Of a DNA stretch of 64,000 bases, positions 14,470-26,338 are shown piece after piece. The DNA is taken from positions 90,210,001 to 90,274,000 of the forward strand of contig OX597821.1 in NCBI GenBank assembly GCA_951406725.2, written 5' to 3'. Position 1 is the stretch's first letter. The number at the start of each line of letters is the position of its first letter. Under the pieces are notes generated by a model that saw only the letters and a list, made by a program, of their open reading frames with translations, made no database searches and had not been told where the DNA came from. The stretch is from Octopus vulgaris. Taxonomy: Eukaryota. A program made the position numbers and the translations under genes.

Positions 14470-14594
14470 AATGTATATTTCTATTTAGCAGAAATAATAG
14501 GGTACCTCAAGGTCCGAGGGTCCGAGAGCTTCGTGGCACACAACTCTCGGACCTTGGGTCACACTGATACTTCTGCTAAGTAAAAATATACATA
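14470..14594. repeat. Imperfect palindrome, MITE-like
   Basis: TATATTTCTATTTAGCAGAA..CAAGGTCCGAG pairs with CTCGGACCTTG..TTCTGCTAAGTAAAAATATA; GGTCCGAG is duplicated in the left arm. Confidence 0.7.
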
Positions 14595-14629
14595 CACACC
14601 CGCACACACTGATAGATAGACTATATATA

Positions 14630-14693
<64 letters not shown>

Positions 14694-14694
<1 letters not shown>

Positions 14695-15464
14695 TAAGTA
14701 ATTAAGGGTTTAGCAACGAATTGCCTCACCGATACACCGAATTTAGAAATAGCAGTCAAAGAGATATAGCTATTCCTTCTACTAAAAGGGGGATCTCAGT
14801 AAAAACACAGCACTTGAAAGGCAAACACAGACAGGTAAGAAAGAAAGAATGAAATGACGGCAATCTATCATGCAATTTTAAGTTACCTACGGACGTACGT
14901 TTCGAGATCAAGTTTTAGGATAGCATAAGAATTAGAAAATTCTACTTTACCCAAACTTCTTCTCTCATCGGCGCAGGATACCACAATTATGAATAATTGT
15001 ATATTAAATTTTGAGATACTAGAATGCATCATCTCAACTCAGTGTCGGAGCGAGCCAAAGCATGACCAGTACCACGAAATTCAAAGTTTGAATGAAAGTT
15101 TGTGTCACCAGCCCCCTTCCACCCGCGTGTAGCCAAGACAAAATGCTGCGGTCATTTACTGGGATAAAATATGGTTATCAGTAATAATAAAGGGTGAAAT
15201 TAATTAATTAGGGATAATTATCAATTACACCAAGTAGATTTCGGCATGTAAAAGCCCCATTCGAGGAAAATTTAAGTAATTCTAAGTAATTAAGGGTTTA
15301 GCAACGAATTGCCTCAGCAACACACCGAATTTAGAAATAGCAGTCAAAGAGATATAGCTATTCCTTCTACTAAAAGGGGGATCTCAGTAAAAACACAGCA
15401 CTTGAAAGGCAAACACAGACAGGTAAGAAAGAAAGAATGAAATGACGGCAATCTATCATGCAAT
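14694..15464 (-). mobile_element. Hammerhead-containing non-coding element (retrozyme / Penelope pLTR-like): 588-nt unit plus 183-bp direct repeat
   Basis: 14694-14876 is repeated near-identically at 15282-15464; no ORF; contains a hammerhead motif; abuts a (TA)n tract. Confidence 0.75.
14886..14977 (-). ncRNA. Type I hammerhead ribozyme motif (CCGAUGA core variant, long helix II)
   Basis: Minus strand reads CCUGCG-CCGAUGA-GAGA[long hairpin]UCUC-GAAA-CGUACG-UC-CGUAGG: helix I 6 bp (one GU), helix II closed by GAGA/UCUC, palindromic helix III, GUC cleavage triplet. Confidence 0.75.
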
Positions 15465-15467
15465 ATA

Positions 15468-15663
15468 CTTTATTTAAGCAGCAGAAAATTCAACAAAACC
15501 TGTTACTCTGCTAGCAAAAACAGTCCGATGAACGGCAACGGGAAACTCAGAGTAACAGGTTTTGCTGAATTTTCTGCTGCTTTAAATAAAGCATATTACT
15601 CTACCACTGGTATTTGAGTACTCTTTTTTCCACCTTGTTTCACATTTATGTGTTTACTCCGGT
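15468..15663 (+). mobile_element. Second hammerhead-bearing Penelope-pLTR-like fragment with an inverted repeat
   Basis: 15468-15510 is inverted to 15548-15592; CCGATGA-ACGGCAACGG-GAAA-CTCAGAG-TA-ACAG at 15525-15558; T-rich 3' end runs into (TA)n. Confidence 0.6.
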
Positions 15664-15666
15664 ATA

Positions 15667-15704
<38 letters not shown>

Positions 15705-15717
15705 GTTATTATTTTTT

Positions 15718-15797
15718 CTCTTTTTTAAATGTTTCAGTCATTTGACTGCAGCCATGCTGGAGCACCGCCTTTGGTCGAGCAAATCGACCCAGGAACT
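15718..15797 (-). mobile_element. SINE family A 3' fragment
   Basis: GTTTCAGTCATTTGACTGCAGCCATGCTGGAGCACCGCC matches the family A tail. Confidence 0.85.
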
Positions 15798-16339
15798 ATA
15801 TATATCTTGATTGAAACTGGCAGTTTTATCTATGAAATGTGTTCGATAGATATGTAAAACTTATTAATAACCCTTTTTCATCATTTTCACTTAGATATAA
15901 AGTTAATAGTACGTCTTTATCAAGTAAGATCTGAGAACCTAAGGAAAGCGGGACTAGATTTAGCCTTAACGGTGACATAATACGGAGGGCACATCCCTAT
16001 AGATATAGTAAGTATGGATGTAAGCTTTGGTCTATGAAATTTATGAGATCTTCAAGTACATAGAAAAGTAGGACCTTATTACTAATACATTTGACTTAAG
16101 GGTATCCTTCGTGCATAGCATCACCCGCACATTTAAGCATTTACGAAACTAATAATAGTAGATTTACCATACTTGGGATTTGGTGGTGGAAATTAAGTTC
16201 GGACGTCGTATCCTTTATGACTTAGCCTCTAATATAGGAGAGTATATTATATAATAAAATGTATTATATTATATATATTATATGCTATGCATTATGTTAT
16301 GTCATTTATTTTATGTAATATCACTCTATAGTAAACCTG

Positions 16340-16357
16340 TATATATATATTTATATA

Positions 16358-16431
<74 letters not shown>

Positions 16432-16443
16432 TATATATATAAA

Positions 16444-16477
<34 letters not shown>
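16340..16477. repeat. (TA)n microsatellite
   Basis: Directly visible. Confidence 0.95.
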
Positions 16478-16478
<1 letters not shown>

Positions 16479-16639
16479 GCGAAAATAAGCAACAAGAATG
16501 GATCCGGTACTTTAGTTGCTTATCTTGTTGCTTATTTTTTATTATAATCACCCCGCATATTTTTATGGGTAATACCATAAAAATTCTGGTGCATCTAAAT
16601 TAAGTACCATATTCATTTGAATCTAAATTGTTTGCAGAA

Positions 16640-16699
<60 letters not shown>

Positions 16700-16709
16700 C
16701 ACATACATA

Positions 16710-17937
16710 CAGTCATGACAGAAGTAAAAAGACACCCCATAAAACATCGTTTTATACTTATTTTAACTTGGAAAGGTTTATATTAATTATTAATTGACGT
16801 ATTTACGTTTCAGATTTTATATGTGACTGTTAAATCATACCATGTACTAAAGAAGGATTGGAACTGTCAGAATTTCAAAGAGGCCGTATTGTGAGTCACT
16901 CTGAAGGTGTGCCTAGTAAGAGTAAAATTGCAGAAAACCTTGGGATCCCACTTTCTACAGTTAACAGAGTGATTGTTCAATTCACCAGGGAGGGCAAGAA
17001 GTCCGCATTAACTCGCCCAGGTAAGCCACGGCCATCTGACAGGACACTTCACTTCGTTAAGTGAAGAGTGTAGGATAATCCTCGTTGCAATGCCTCTGAC
17101 ATAGAACAAGTTGATCTTAATACCAGGACAGCTGTCAGGAATCTCCACAAATTTGGCTACTATGGCAGAGCAGCAAGAAGGAAGCCAATTCTTCGACAAG
17201 CCAATATAAAGTGGAGAAAAGACTGGGCCAGATGATAGAGAAGCCACTAGCATTGTGACACTCTCATATTGTCTGATGATTCCAAATTTGCTGATAGTAG
17301 TCGAGTGTGGGTCTGGGGACTCTGTGATCAAGAATTCGATATCAAAAGATCGCAGCCAACAGTGAAACTCGGCAGCTATTCTGTGATGGCACGGGGAGCG
17401 ATTTGGAGCAATAGTCGATCAGAGCTGGTGGAGTGTGATGGAAACATAGACTCAGATAAATATATGTCCATATTGTAGAAAGGACTCCTTCCAATCTTCT
17501 CCAGTGTTGTAATGATTAAAGAATACTCTTTATTTATAGAAGAAGGAGCTCCTTGTCACACACCTAAAAACCCAAGATTAGTTGGAAGAGAAAGGAATTA
17601 AAAAACTTCCATAGCCAAGCCAGTCACCAGATATGAACCCTATTGGACACCTCTGGGTTATAATGAACAGAAAATTTCATAGAAAGAACAACAAAGCATA
17701 TTCAAAGGGTACTCTTTTGAAATCCTGCATGAAACCTGGCAAAAAATTCCTCAAGAGAATATTCATCTTATCAGTAGCATGCCTAATAGAGTCCATGCAT
17801 TCAAAAATGCAATGGGCATGTCTACTAAATATTAAATATTCATGGTATAATAATTAATAAATAATTTGAAAGTATAATTTCAGATTGAAATACATTTTAA
17901 GTAGTATAAGGGTATCTATTTACTTCTGTCATGTGTG
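16710..17937 (+). mobile_element. Tc1-family DNA transposon, near full length, decayed
   Basis: TA|CAGTCATGACAGAAGTAAAAAGACACCC left TIR matches GGGTATCTATTTACTTCTGTCATG at the right end; encloses a broken transposase. Confidence 0.9.
16842..17836 (+). pseudogene. Tc1 (DD34E-type) transposase pseudogene
   Basis: [14 protein letters not shown] region, SDDSKF, EEGAPCH, PSQSPDMNPIGHLW, ending GMSTKY*; multiple stops and frameshifts. Confidence 0.9.
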
Positions 17938-19926
17938 TGTATACATGTATATAGTTATGTTTGTGCTTATTGTGTAATAGAGAAAAGCTCGTTTGTTAGG
18001 CTATATTGCAGAAGCATTTATAGAATTGATTTGCTTCTTGTAAGCACACAACTAGTAATATCTAATCAGCGAACTTTATTAAACCTCTCAGATGTTTATG
18101 ATGAAACTGTTTAACTTCAGTCCTTAGTTATTTATAAAACATGCAATCATAAATTTATAACATATATAACAATACAATTAACCTCCACTCCTTAAAATTC
18201 ATCGCGTGCTAAATCTTGAGGTCATTATTACTATTCTCTTCATGTTGTTCATACTGATATCCTTATCAGGTCTGTAATGGTGGCCCCATATGGCAACGAC
18301 CTGTTCAGGTGCAAATATGTTTATTTTCGTGGTGAAAGCTATCGAGTTCCGAAATTGACACGCGCTTACAAAATTCCATGTACACGTCATCGAGAGGTGA
18401 ATCTTATATTTTCTAAGGAGGAAGTTCTACTTCGTGCTTAAATCTAGAAATTTTCATGAAGAACTCCAATAGCTCAATAGTTTATAGAGCAACGATTAGT
18501 TAGATAATAGATTAAGTATTTCCTGTCTCTATTTCATTTTTGTGTTAGAAAAGATTTCAAAACAAAAAGAAAACTCGTGTTTATGTAAACTTTAAAAATG
18601 AAATTTCTGTTTTAGTCGAAGCAGCAAGAAAATATGCGGTTATCAACAAGCAACTGAATTAGTGGAAATCTTTATTTCTCTGACGACTACAAAGGGAGAA
18701 GGTCTATACGTCCAGTAAAACAGATCATAGCTGACCTGGCACACTTACAACTTCTACAAGTACAAATAACAAAAGACTCTGAATCCTTCAGGGACAAGAC
18801 AGAAAAGCGTGTAACAATTGTGAATAGTGTACAGAACTGCACCAAACAGAACTTTTTCTATACGGATCATTGAAAACATAGTTACAAAATAATCTTGCTC
18901 GTTTTCTGACAGTACATCATCTATATTTCATGGAAAATATTGGACCATTTTAACTTGACAGAGATATATGTGGCATGGAGGATTACAATTTTATGAATTA
19001 CTTCTATCTTCAAAATGTCAAATGTTGATTCAAAGTGTTACATGAGTCAATAAATTCAGCACAATATTGTATTTAAAAACATTAAACAAATTCGTTTAAA
19101 TAATGGAACAAACGAGTCATTAAAATCAGCGGCAATATTTCCAATAATGAAACCAAAAACTAAAAGTAGAAGGCTAGAAGTCAATACTGCATAGAAATCA
19201 ATAACTTATAATATAATATATTAAGTATTAGATGCGTTATGCGTAGTAAAAATTAATTTTCAGTACATTCTACATTGTATCACTCCATTCCATTCAATCA
19301 ACGCCAACAAATTTAATTGAAAATTAAAGAATTTCTCAAAGATTTATATAGCATATACTCCACAGCAAGTAAATACATTGCTTATTGTCCACTGAAGTGT
19401 GATTTTTAATAAAGTTTTTAAGTACTCGTATATTTCGGTATATTTTATAGCACCAACTAATATAGGAAAAGCTTTTCACAAAGCCTGTCCTGTTTCTAGT
19501 AGATATTACAAGTCGTAGGTGTTATAACTAACTTGATAAAAATCACCCTATTTGTAGAAAGACAACATTTTATCACCAGTTCTGAAATTTTTCTTTAAAA
19601 ATGTTCGTTATTTGAATAACACCGCAATATGTTTGAAGTATTCAAGATATTCTCAATGTGTTATGGTATATACTAGTGAACAATCATTCTATAATACATG
19701 AGGCGGTAGAAGAAAACCGATGCATATTCACGTCCACTAGTGATGTAAAATTATCTTCTACAATACTATGTTACTGATGTCACAATTTAATTTAATTTAA
19801 TTTCATATACCAATATAAATCGGATGGAGGAAACTTTATGTTCCTTGAAACATTTGACAGTGAAAAATTGTCCATATTGTGTTTAAGGTGTGGATCTTAC
19901 AGAGTGATAAAAATATTACTTCAATT

Positions 19927-19970
<44 letters not shown>

Positions 19971-20514
19971 CGACGTGCTTCTTGCTTCCATCTACCAAAT
20001 CCAAGCACAGGGCTGTGTTTATGTGTGTTTCCGTCTCTTTGAAATTTTTTTATGTTCTTCTTTATAAAGACAGAAAGCACCGTCTTTGGAATACATATAA
20101 CGAAGACAATGTAAAATCTTAAACTGCAGAGAACAGTTGCATATCTTTACTGTTGCACTTACAGATTGCGTTTATATTATGCGAGTTACATGACTGATTT
20201 CTTCTCCTGAAAATCCAAGCTCATCCTAACTTTCAGTTAGGCATTTACTCACAAAAACCAAATGCACCAATTATTATTGGTATAAATGTAAAATATCTGG
20301 CTTTTTATGCTTACACTTGACATGTTTCGATGGGAATTTTGCACCAGTATTCTTTGTCTTAATGTTTGTGCAGGTATTCAATAACAAGATTCTCTAGATT
20401 TGATTCTAGAGCAGTCTAAATTTCCAGATGTAACTGTTTTCCAAAAGATTCGAGCCAGATTACACTCACTTACAAAAGTAAAATACTTACTCGTTTTCAA
20501 TATTAAGTATGGGG

Positions 20515-20896
20515 TGGAGGCGCAATAGCCCAGTGGTTAGGCAGCGGACTCGCGGTCGAAGGATCGCGGTTTCGATTCCCAAACCGGGCGTTGTGAGTGT
20601 TTATTGATCGAAAACACCTAAAGCTCCATGAGGCTCCGGCAGGGATGGTGGTGATCCCTGCTGTACTCTTTCACCACAACTTTCTCTCACTCTTACTTCC
20701 TGTTTCTGTTGTACCTGTATTTCAAAGGGCCGGCCTTGTCACTCTCTGTGTCACGCTGAATATCCCCGAGAACTACGTTAAGGGCACACCTGTCCGTGGA
20801 GTGCTCAGCCACTTACACGTTAATTTCACGAGCAGGCTGTTCCGTTTATCGGATCAACCGGAACCCTCGTCGGCGTAACCGACGGAGTGCTTCCTC
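20515..20896 (+). mobile_element. tRNA(Arg)-like SINE family B, full length
   Basis: GGAGGCGCAATAGCCCAGTGGTTAGG head with TCG in the anticodon-like loop, B box GGTTTCGATTCCC, tail ending CGTAACCGACGGAGTGCTTCC. Confidence 0.92.
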
Positions 20897-22194
20897 CTTA
20901 CATAGTTGTCGAAATAGAGTTTAATCCCTTCTCAAATATATAACTTGAATGGTAGCTTATTTCATGATATTGTACTTAGTTTAGCAGTTATAAATGTTTA
21001 CTGCGTCGATAATTTCAGGGAAACTTTCATTAACATCTTTAAATATGAATATTTGGAGATGTTATGTCCTCAAATGAAGACACTTTCAAAAGATCGTTTA
21101 ATGTCATCGTGATTCGCTGAGCGTTAGCAGTTGAAGAACAAAATTTAATAAGTGTAGAAGAAGCACTACAAGCAATCAAAATCCTCGTAAACAACGCTAA
21201 CGAAAATTTCTAAGATTCAACCTCGCCATCTTTAGTCTTATAGTCCGAACAGATCTCGTCATAAGTATCTTTATTCTAATACTAAATACTCTGCCAATAG
21301 TTAGAGATATAAAATATTCCACATGAATATCGCAATCAGTTTGATATTCAATAGACACCCCCATCTACTTAATTTCAGAAGAAGAATTTAATCAGAACAT
21401 ACGCCACATATATTCACCGCTGTATTCAATTTGAGTCTAGAAAATTAATCACACAATATGCATTATCTTTCTCTCCGCCCAATGAAAATAATTATATTTA
21501 TAAACTGCTGCGTCAGTGGAGTGAAGGGCAAAATTAGTTTTTTATGCACTTTTTAAATTTTATTTTACTGGCTTTAATCAATTTTTGTGGCTATGCTGGA
21601 GCAGGAGCACAACAATATTTAAGTTTTCTTTCTTTCCCCTCTTCCTTCATTTGTCGTTCTTCTGCTCCCCAACATCTATTTATATTGCGCTTTTCTCCTA
21701 CTCTAAATTTTATTTTCCTCCTCCTCCTCCTTCTTCTTCACCTCCTCTTCCTGCTCCTCCTTTTCACACACACACACACACACACACACAATACATACTA
21801 CTCACACACATACTCACGCACATACATAGATAATTTTATTGAAGCTGGATTTTAAGACAACTTGGAGTCCGGCATTTGTAAGATAATCATATAAAATTCG
21901 ATATTCAATGGAAGATAATAAATGACGTTAATGATTCTCCATTCCCAAATTTTCATCGTTCGTGGTTTAAAGCACTTCTGAGAAATTTGTGATCTAGTTC
22001 AGTTAAGTACTACATTGAGGGGGATTTAATGTTCTTATATGAAATGTAGAAATAAAGTTACAATTTTCACTTAAGTACTATTTAGTACCTGCGTTAAATA
22101 ATTGATAAGCACAAAAAAGAAAACACGATCGATTTATTTCTAATCTCCTTGGTATGGTATTCAAATGTTAAATGAGGCCTATATTTATAAGCTT

Positions 22195-22365
22195 TTATTT
22201 TGTTCCAGTTAGTTGACTACAGCCATGCTGGAGCACTGTGTTGAAGGGTTTTAGCCGAAAAAATTCACTCTAGGCTCATTTAAAAAAAAATCCTAGTACT
22301 TATTCTATCGGTCTCTTTTGCCGAACCGTTAAGCTACGTGGACGTAAACACACCAACATCGGCTG
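22195..22365 (-). mobile_element. SINE family A 3' fragment, diverged
   Basis: CAGCCATGCTGGAGCAC..CTAGTACTTATTCTATCGGTCTCTTTTGCCGAACCG..GACGTAAACACACC. Confidence 0.8.
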
Positions 22366-22950
22366 ACTAACTATATTCGATGTTAACTTTTATAATGATA
22401 AGGTGGTATTGGTGGAATGGCGCAAATGTTTAGCTCGTGCTACCGGTATATTGACAAGGAGCTTTTAATTTAGTTGACAAGTAGAAGTGTTGAAACGATA
22501 GTGATATCTGTTTAGTAGCTGAAAATGTCAGTGTATGTTTTATACGCTTCTTTATTAATCTTTTATATCTTGGAGTCTCATTATTTTAAGGTCTCCTTCA
22601 TTTTTATAAGGTTGAATAAACATAGTCTTGAAATAATGGTTTATGATTACATATATCGACGTAGTTCGATTGACGTCACAGACAATCTTATTTGGGGCAA
22701 TGTTTATCCCCACAGCACGTTCTGTTGGAACATAGTAAACTGCTGAAGATATCATGAGAGAAACTCTGATATTGGCTTTTGATGCTAAATGCACTTTTGT
22801 TTCTATCGCTAGAGGAGCGATAAATCCCAGCGATGAGACCACTAGATCACGTGATTTTGACCTTCCTTGATCTTGTCAGTGATGGACGCTCAACCGCTAG
22901 TAAGGACAGAAAATGCTTAATTATAGCTTCTAGTTTTAGATGGTTCTGTA

Positions 22951-23033
<83 letters not shown>

Positions 23034-23504
23034 CTTCCCCTATATTATTTCTTTGCTACAATCCCACGTTTCCTTATTTTGCTTTTTACAAGTGGCCTAC
23101 AGGTTATATGCAGCTTATATATAAATTATCTTTAGAAAAACTTTTATACATAAAATACACTTATACATTTACACTTTGCCGATTTTCCCTTCATCTTCAA
23201 ATTAAATATATCGTTGATATAGATTCTTTAATAAATCTATAGATAATTTTATTTTCTAATTTGTTTAAAATATTTATTTTTTCTTTCTTTTCCAACTGCT
23301 GACAACCTCACAGACAATCGTTCGCTTCTCTTTCCTTTTTCACCCCCCGCCCCTACGCACTTTTTCTTTCTTTCTCTTCCTTGTACAGTTTGAGTTCCTA
23401 TAAATAATTGATTTTACCGACGATACTTCTAGCGTTTCATATTTACATTTCTTTCAAATATTCCAACAGAAACAAAATTATGTATATATGTGAGTGTATG
23501 TGTA

Positions 23505-23508
23505 CGAC

Positions 23509-23539
<31 letters not shown>

Positions 23540-23544
23540 TACAT

Positions 23545-23612
<68 letters not shown>

Positions 23613-23640
23613 GCAAATATATACGTGTGTATGTATATAT
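23505..23640. repeat. (CA)n(TA)n microsatellite
   Basis: Directly visible. Confidence 0.9.
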
Positions 23641-23889
23641 ACATGTTTGTTTCCTTTGATAAATCCTTACAGCCTACGGGACCAAAAGCACGCGCGTGTG
23701 CGTGCGTCCGTATGCGTGTGTGTGTGCGTGCGCGTACAAAGACACCGCACACATACACAGCTGTATGTATATATGAACACATGCACATACACATATATGT
23801 TAAAGTTGAAAAGACTATAGAAACTCTTACTCTGAATTCCGAGTAACCACACATCAGAAAGCTGTATTTTGAAGTATATGATTGCTTAT

Positions 23890-23939
<50 letters not shown>

Positions 23940-26119
23940 TGTACAGTAATAGTTATTTAGTAAGTCATCAAATAAACATTTAAAGCCGATTGTTCAAATG
24001 CTTATACCTTTTCAAAGTGATTTTAATTTGTTGGATTATAATGATTAAGCATATCAGAGAAATATATATATACTAAAAAGCGAGTCGAAACTCTTCTACC
24101 AATCGAAGAATGGTTAAGATTGCCTATTAGCGTGAAAATAGTTGTAATACAGCGAGAAAAGAAACAAGTCTTTCAGAAATCAAATTTTGAAGAAAACATG
24201 TCGTGAAAGATAAAAATAAAAAGTAAGAACTGAAGAGAAAACACGACACGTGATAATGTCGGAAACAAGCAAATAAGGACTGCAAAATTAAACAAATAAG
24301 TGTGCCATGAAGAAAGCGGAGCTGCATATAGAAGACAAATAGACAGACGGGGAATAAGATGAAGAAAGGCCAAACAGAAGAGAGTAGAATAGAAAAAGAA
24401 AAGAAAATGGTAATAAACATATTAATTGTTGTAATAGATAACTTGTATCAAATATGAACCGACAATAAGCGTAGTTCATAGATTGATTAGAGGAGAAATT
24501 AGAGAGCTAAAGCTCGTCTTCTTGCTATTCTCTGTGGGTCTGGCGTAAATGTTATATAACAGGCTATTATCAACCTGGACCTTAGCCCTGTAAGCAACTC
24601 ACTTAATCAATGATTTGCCAATACGATGGCAGTTAATAGGATATTTACTATTGCACTTATGCTGTCATAAAATCATTAGATTTATTGAATCTTTTCATAT
24701 TAAGCAGGTTTACAAACAAGGCTTAATATTTAACCAGCATAATGTGAGAAATTTCGATATTTCTAATGATTTGATGACAGCCTTAAGTGCAATTCTTAAC
24801 GTTCTAGTAACTTACCTCTTATTTGGCAATTGCCTGAAAGGGAGTTGTTTTTCGGGTGAAAGTCTGGGTAGATAACAGCCGTACATACAGAACTTACACG
24901 GGAGCTATAGAAGACGTCTTGTCGTCGAAATTTTATCTACACAAACATTCCTTGAAGTACACAAAGAGTTTAACTAAACATTGTACGCCAATTAAAAGTA
25001 ACTGTTGCTGTACCTTTCAAAATCCAATAGCTTAAGTTTTGAAAGAAAAATCCATATAGACATGGAAACTTCTACCGTTCTACTAAATGTGCAATTCTTT
25101 AGTAAAAAATAAATTTATCCTATTTCAAATAAATCGACCCTGGATAGTAAAGTAAAACTATTGAACTATTGTATAAATTCTTCGAAGATTTTGATTGAGA
25201 GATCTGTTTAACTGAATAATTAGTATATTAACATTGCCACTTTTCATTATCACATGTGCTTTAATGCTTTTATCATAACTTTGAATACATTGGAAGTGTT
25301 TTCAGTAATTTTGTAATTCTGAAAACATTTCCTTCGACTTTCGCATTCGACTTTTATGCAATTTTCTTGAAGTCTTTGTCATTTAATAGAAGTTGCCACT
25401 TGTAACAAATGATATATATTTATCCAGCTTCTCCCTTTCTTGCTATTTTTAAAAAAAGTCTTTCTCACACTCGTTTTCTTCCCTAATTTGTTTATCTCTC
25501 TCTCTCTCTTTTTGCCTTGTATATGTTTCACTTTTTGCAACTCTCTCCTCGTATGATCATTAATTTTTCTGATTTCTATTTTCCTGTTTTTCGTGATACT
25601 CTTTCGCTCTAATCTTAACTTTGATTATCATTCTTCTGTTTTACGACATATTTTTTCAATCTTATTTTCTAAAATTGTTTGTTTTCCTCTACCGTTGATT
25701 TTATTACAACAATTTCCACGCGTAGAGGTGACCTTTGTTATTGTACTTCATTTAATTTCGACTCACTTCAATAATTAAGTTTTTTTTCCGTTAAGAACAA
25801 TCGTTTACACCCTAAAGATTTGTTATTTAAATGAAATAATTCCCTGGATACAGCAACTGCACAAAATCTTTATTTAGTGACTTACTAAATAATCATCGCT
25901 GGACCGTTTATAGAGACTTATAAATCCTTCCAGTGTTCAAAAATACTCACGGCTGTTTGATGACTGGGTACGTAAAACACTGAATATAATGTTGTGAAAT
26001 ATTTTCAACTTCAAGTAAACACCATTTTACGCGTCATTTGGTATATTTCAGTGGTATTTGTCAATCGTAACTGAAACTATATTTTCGCATATGCATACCC
26101 ATAAGGGTGTGCGTATGTA

Positions 26120-26167
<48 letters not shown>

Positions 26168-26170
26168 ATA

Positions 26171-26338
26171 CTAAGTAATTAAGGGTTTAGCAACGATTTG
26201 CCTCACCACACACCGAATTTAGAAATAGCAGTCAAAAAGTTTTGGCTATTCTTTCTACTTAAAAGGGAGATCCCAGCAAAACCAAAGCACTTAAAAGGCA
26301 AACGACGCAGGAAAAAGAGAAAGAAATGACGAAAATCA
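26171..26338 (-). mobile_element. Diverged truncated relative of the 14694 element (terminal part only)
   Basis: CTAAGTAATTAAGGGTTTAGCAACGA..CACCGAATTTAGAAATAGCAGTCAAA..AAAGGCAAAC is homologous to 14694-14870, starts at the same base and also lies next to (TA)n. Confidence 0.85.

Noticed and set aside
15920-16170. Hammerhead fragments CTGAGA..GGAAA..TAGATTT and GAAA-CTA-ATAA-TAG-TA
   Set aside because: No complete CUGANGA core with a matching helix II could be assembled
18270-18440. 55-codon open stretch with AG/GT sites, a possible exon
   Set aside because: No recognisable homology and a weak acceptor; expected by chance
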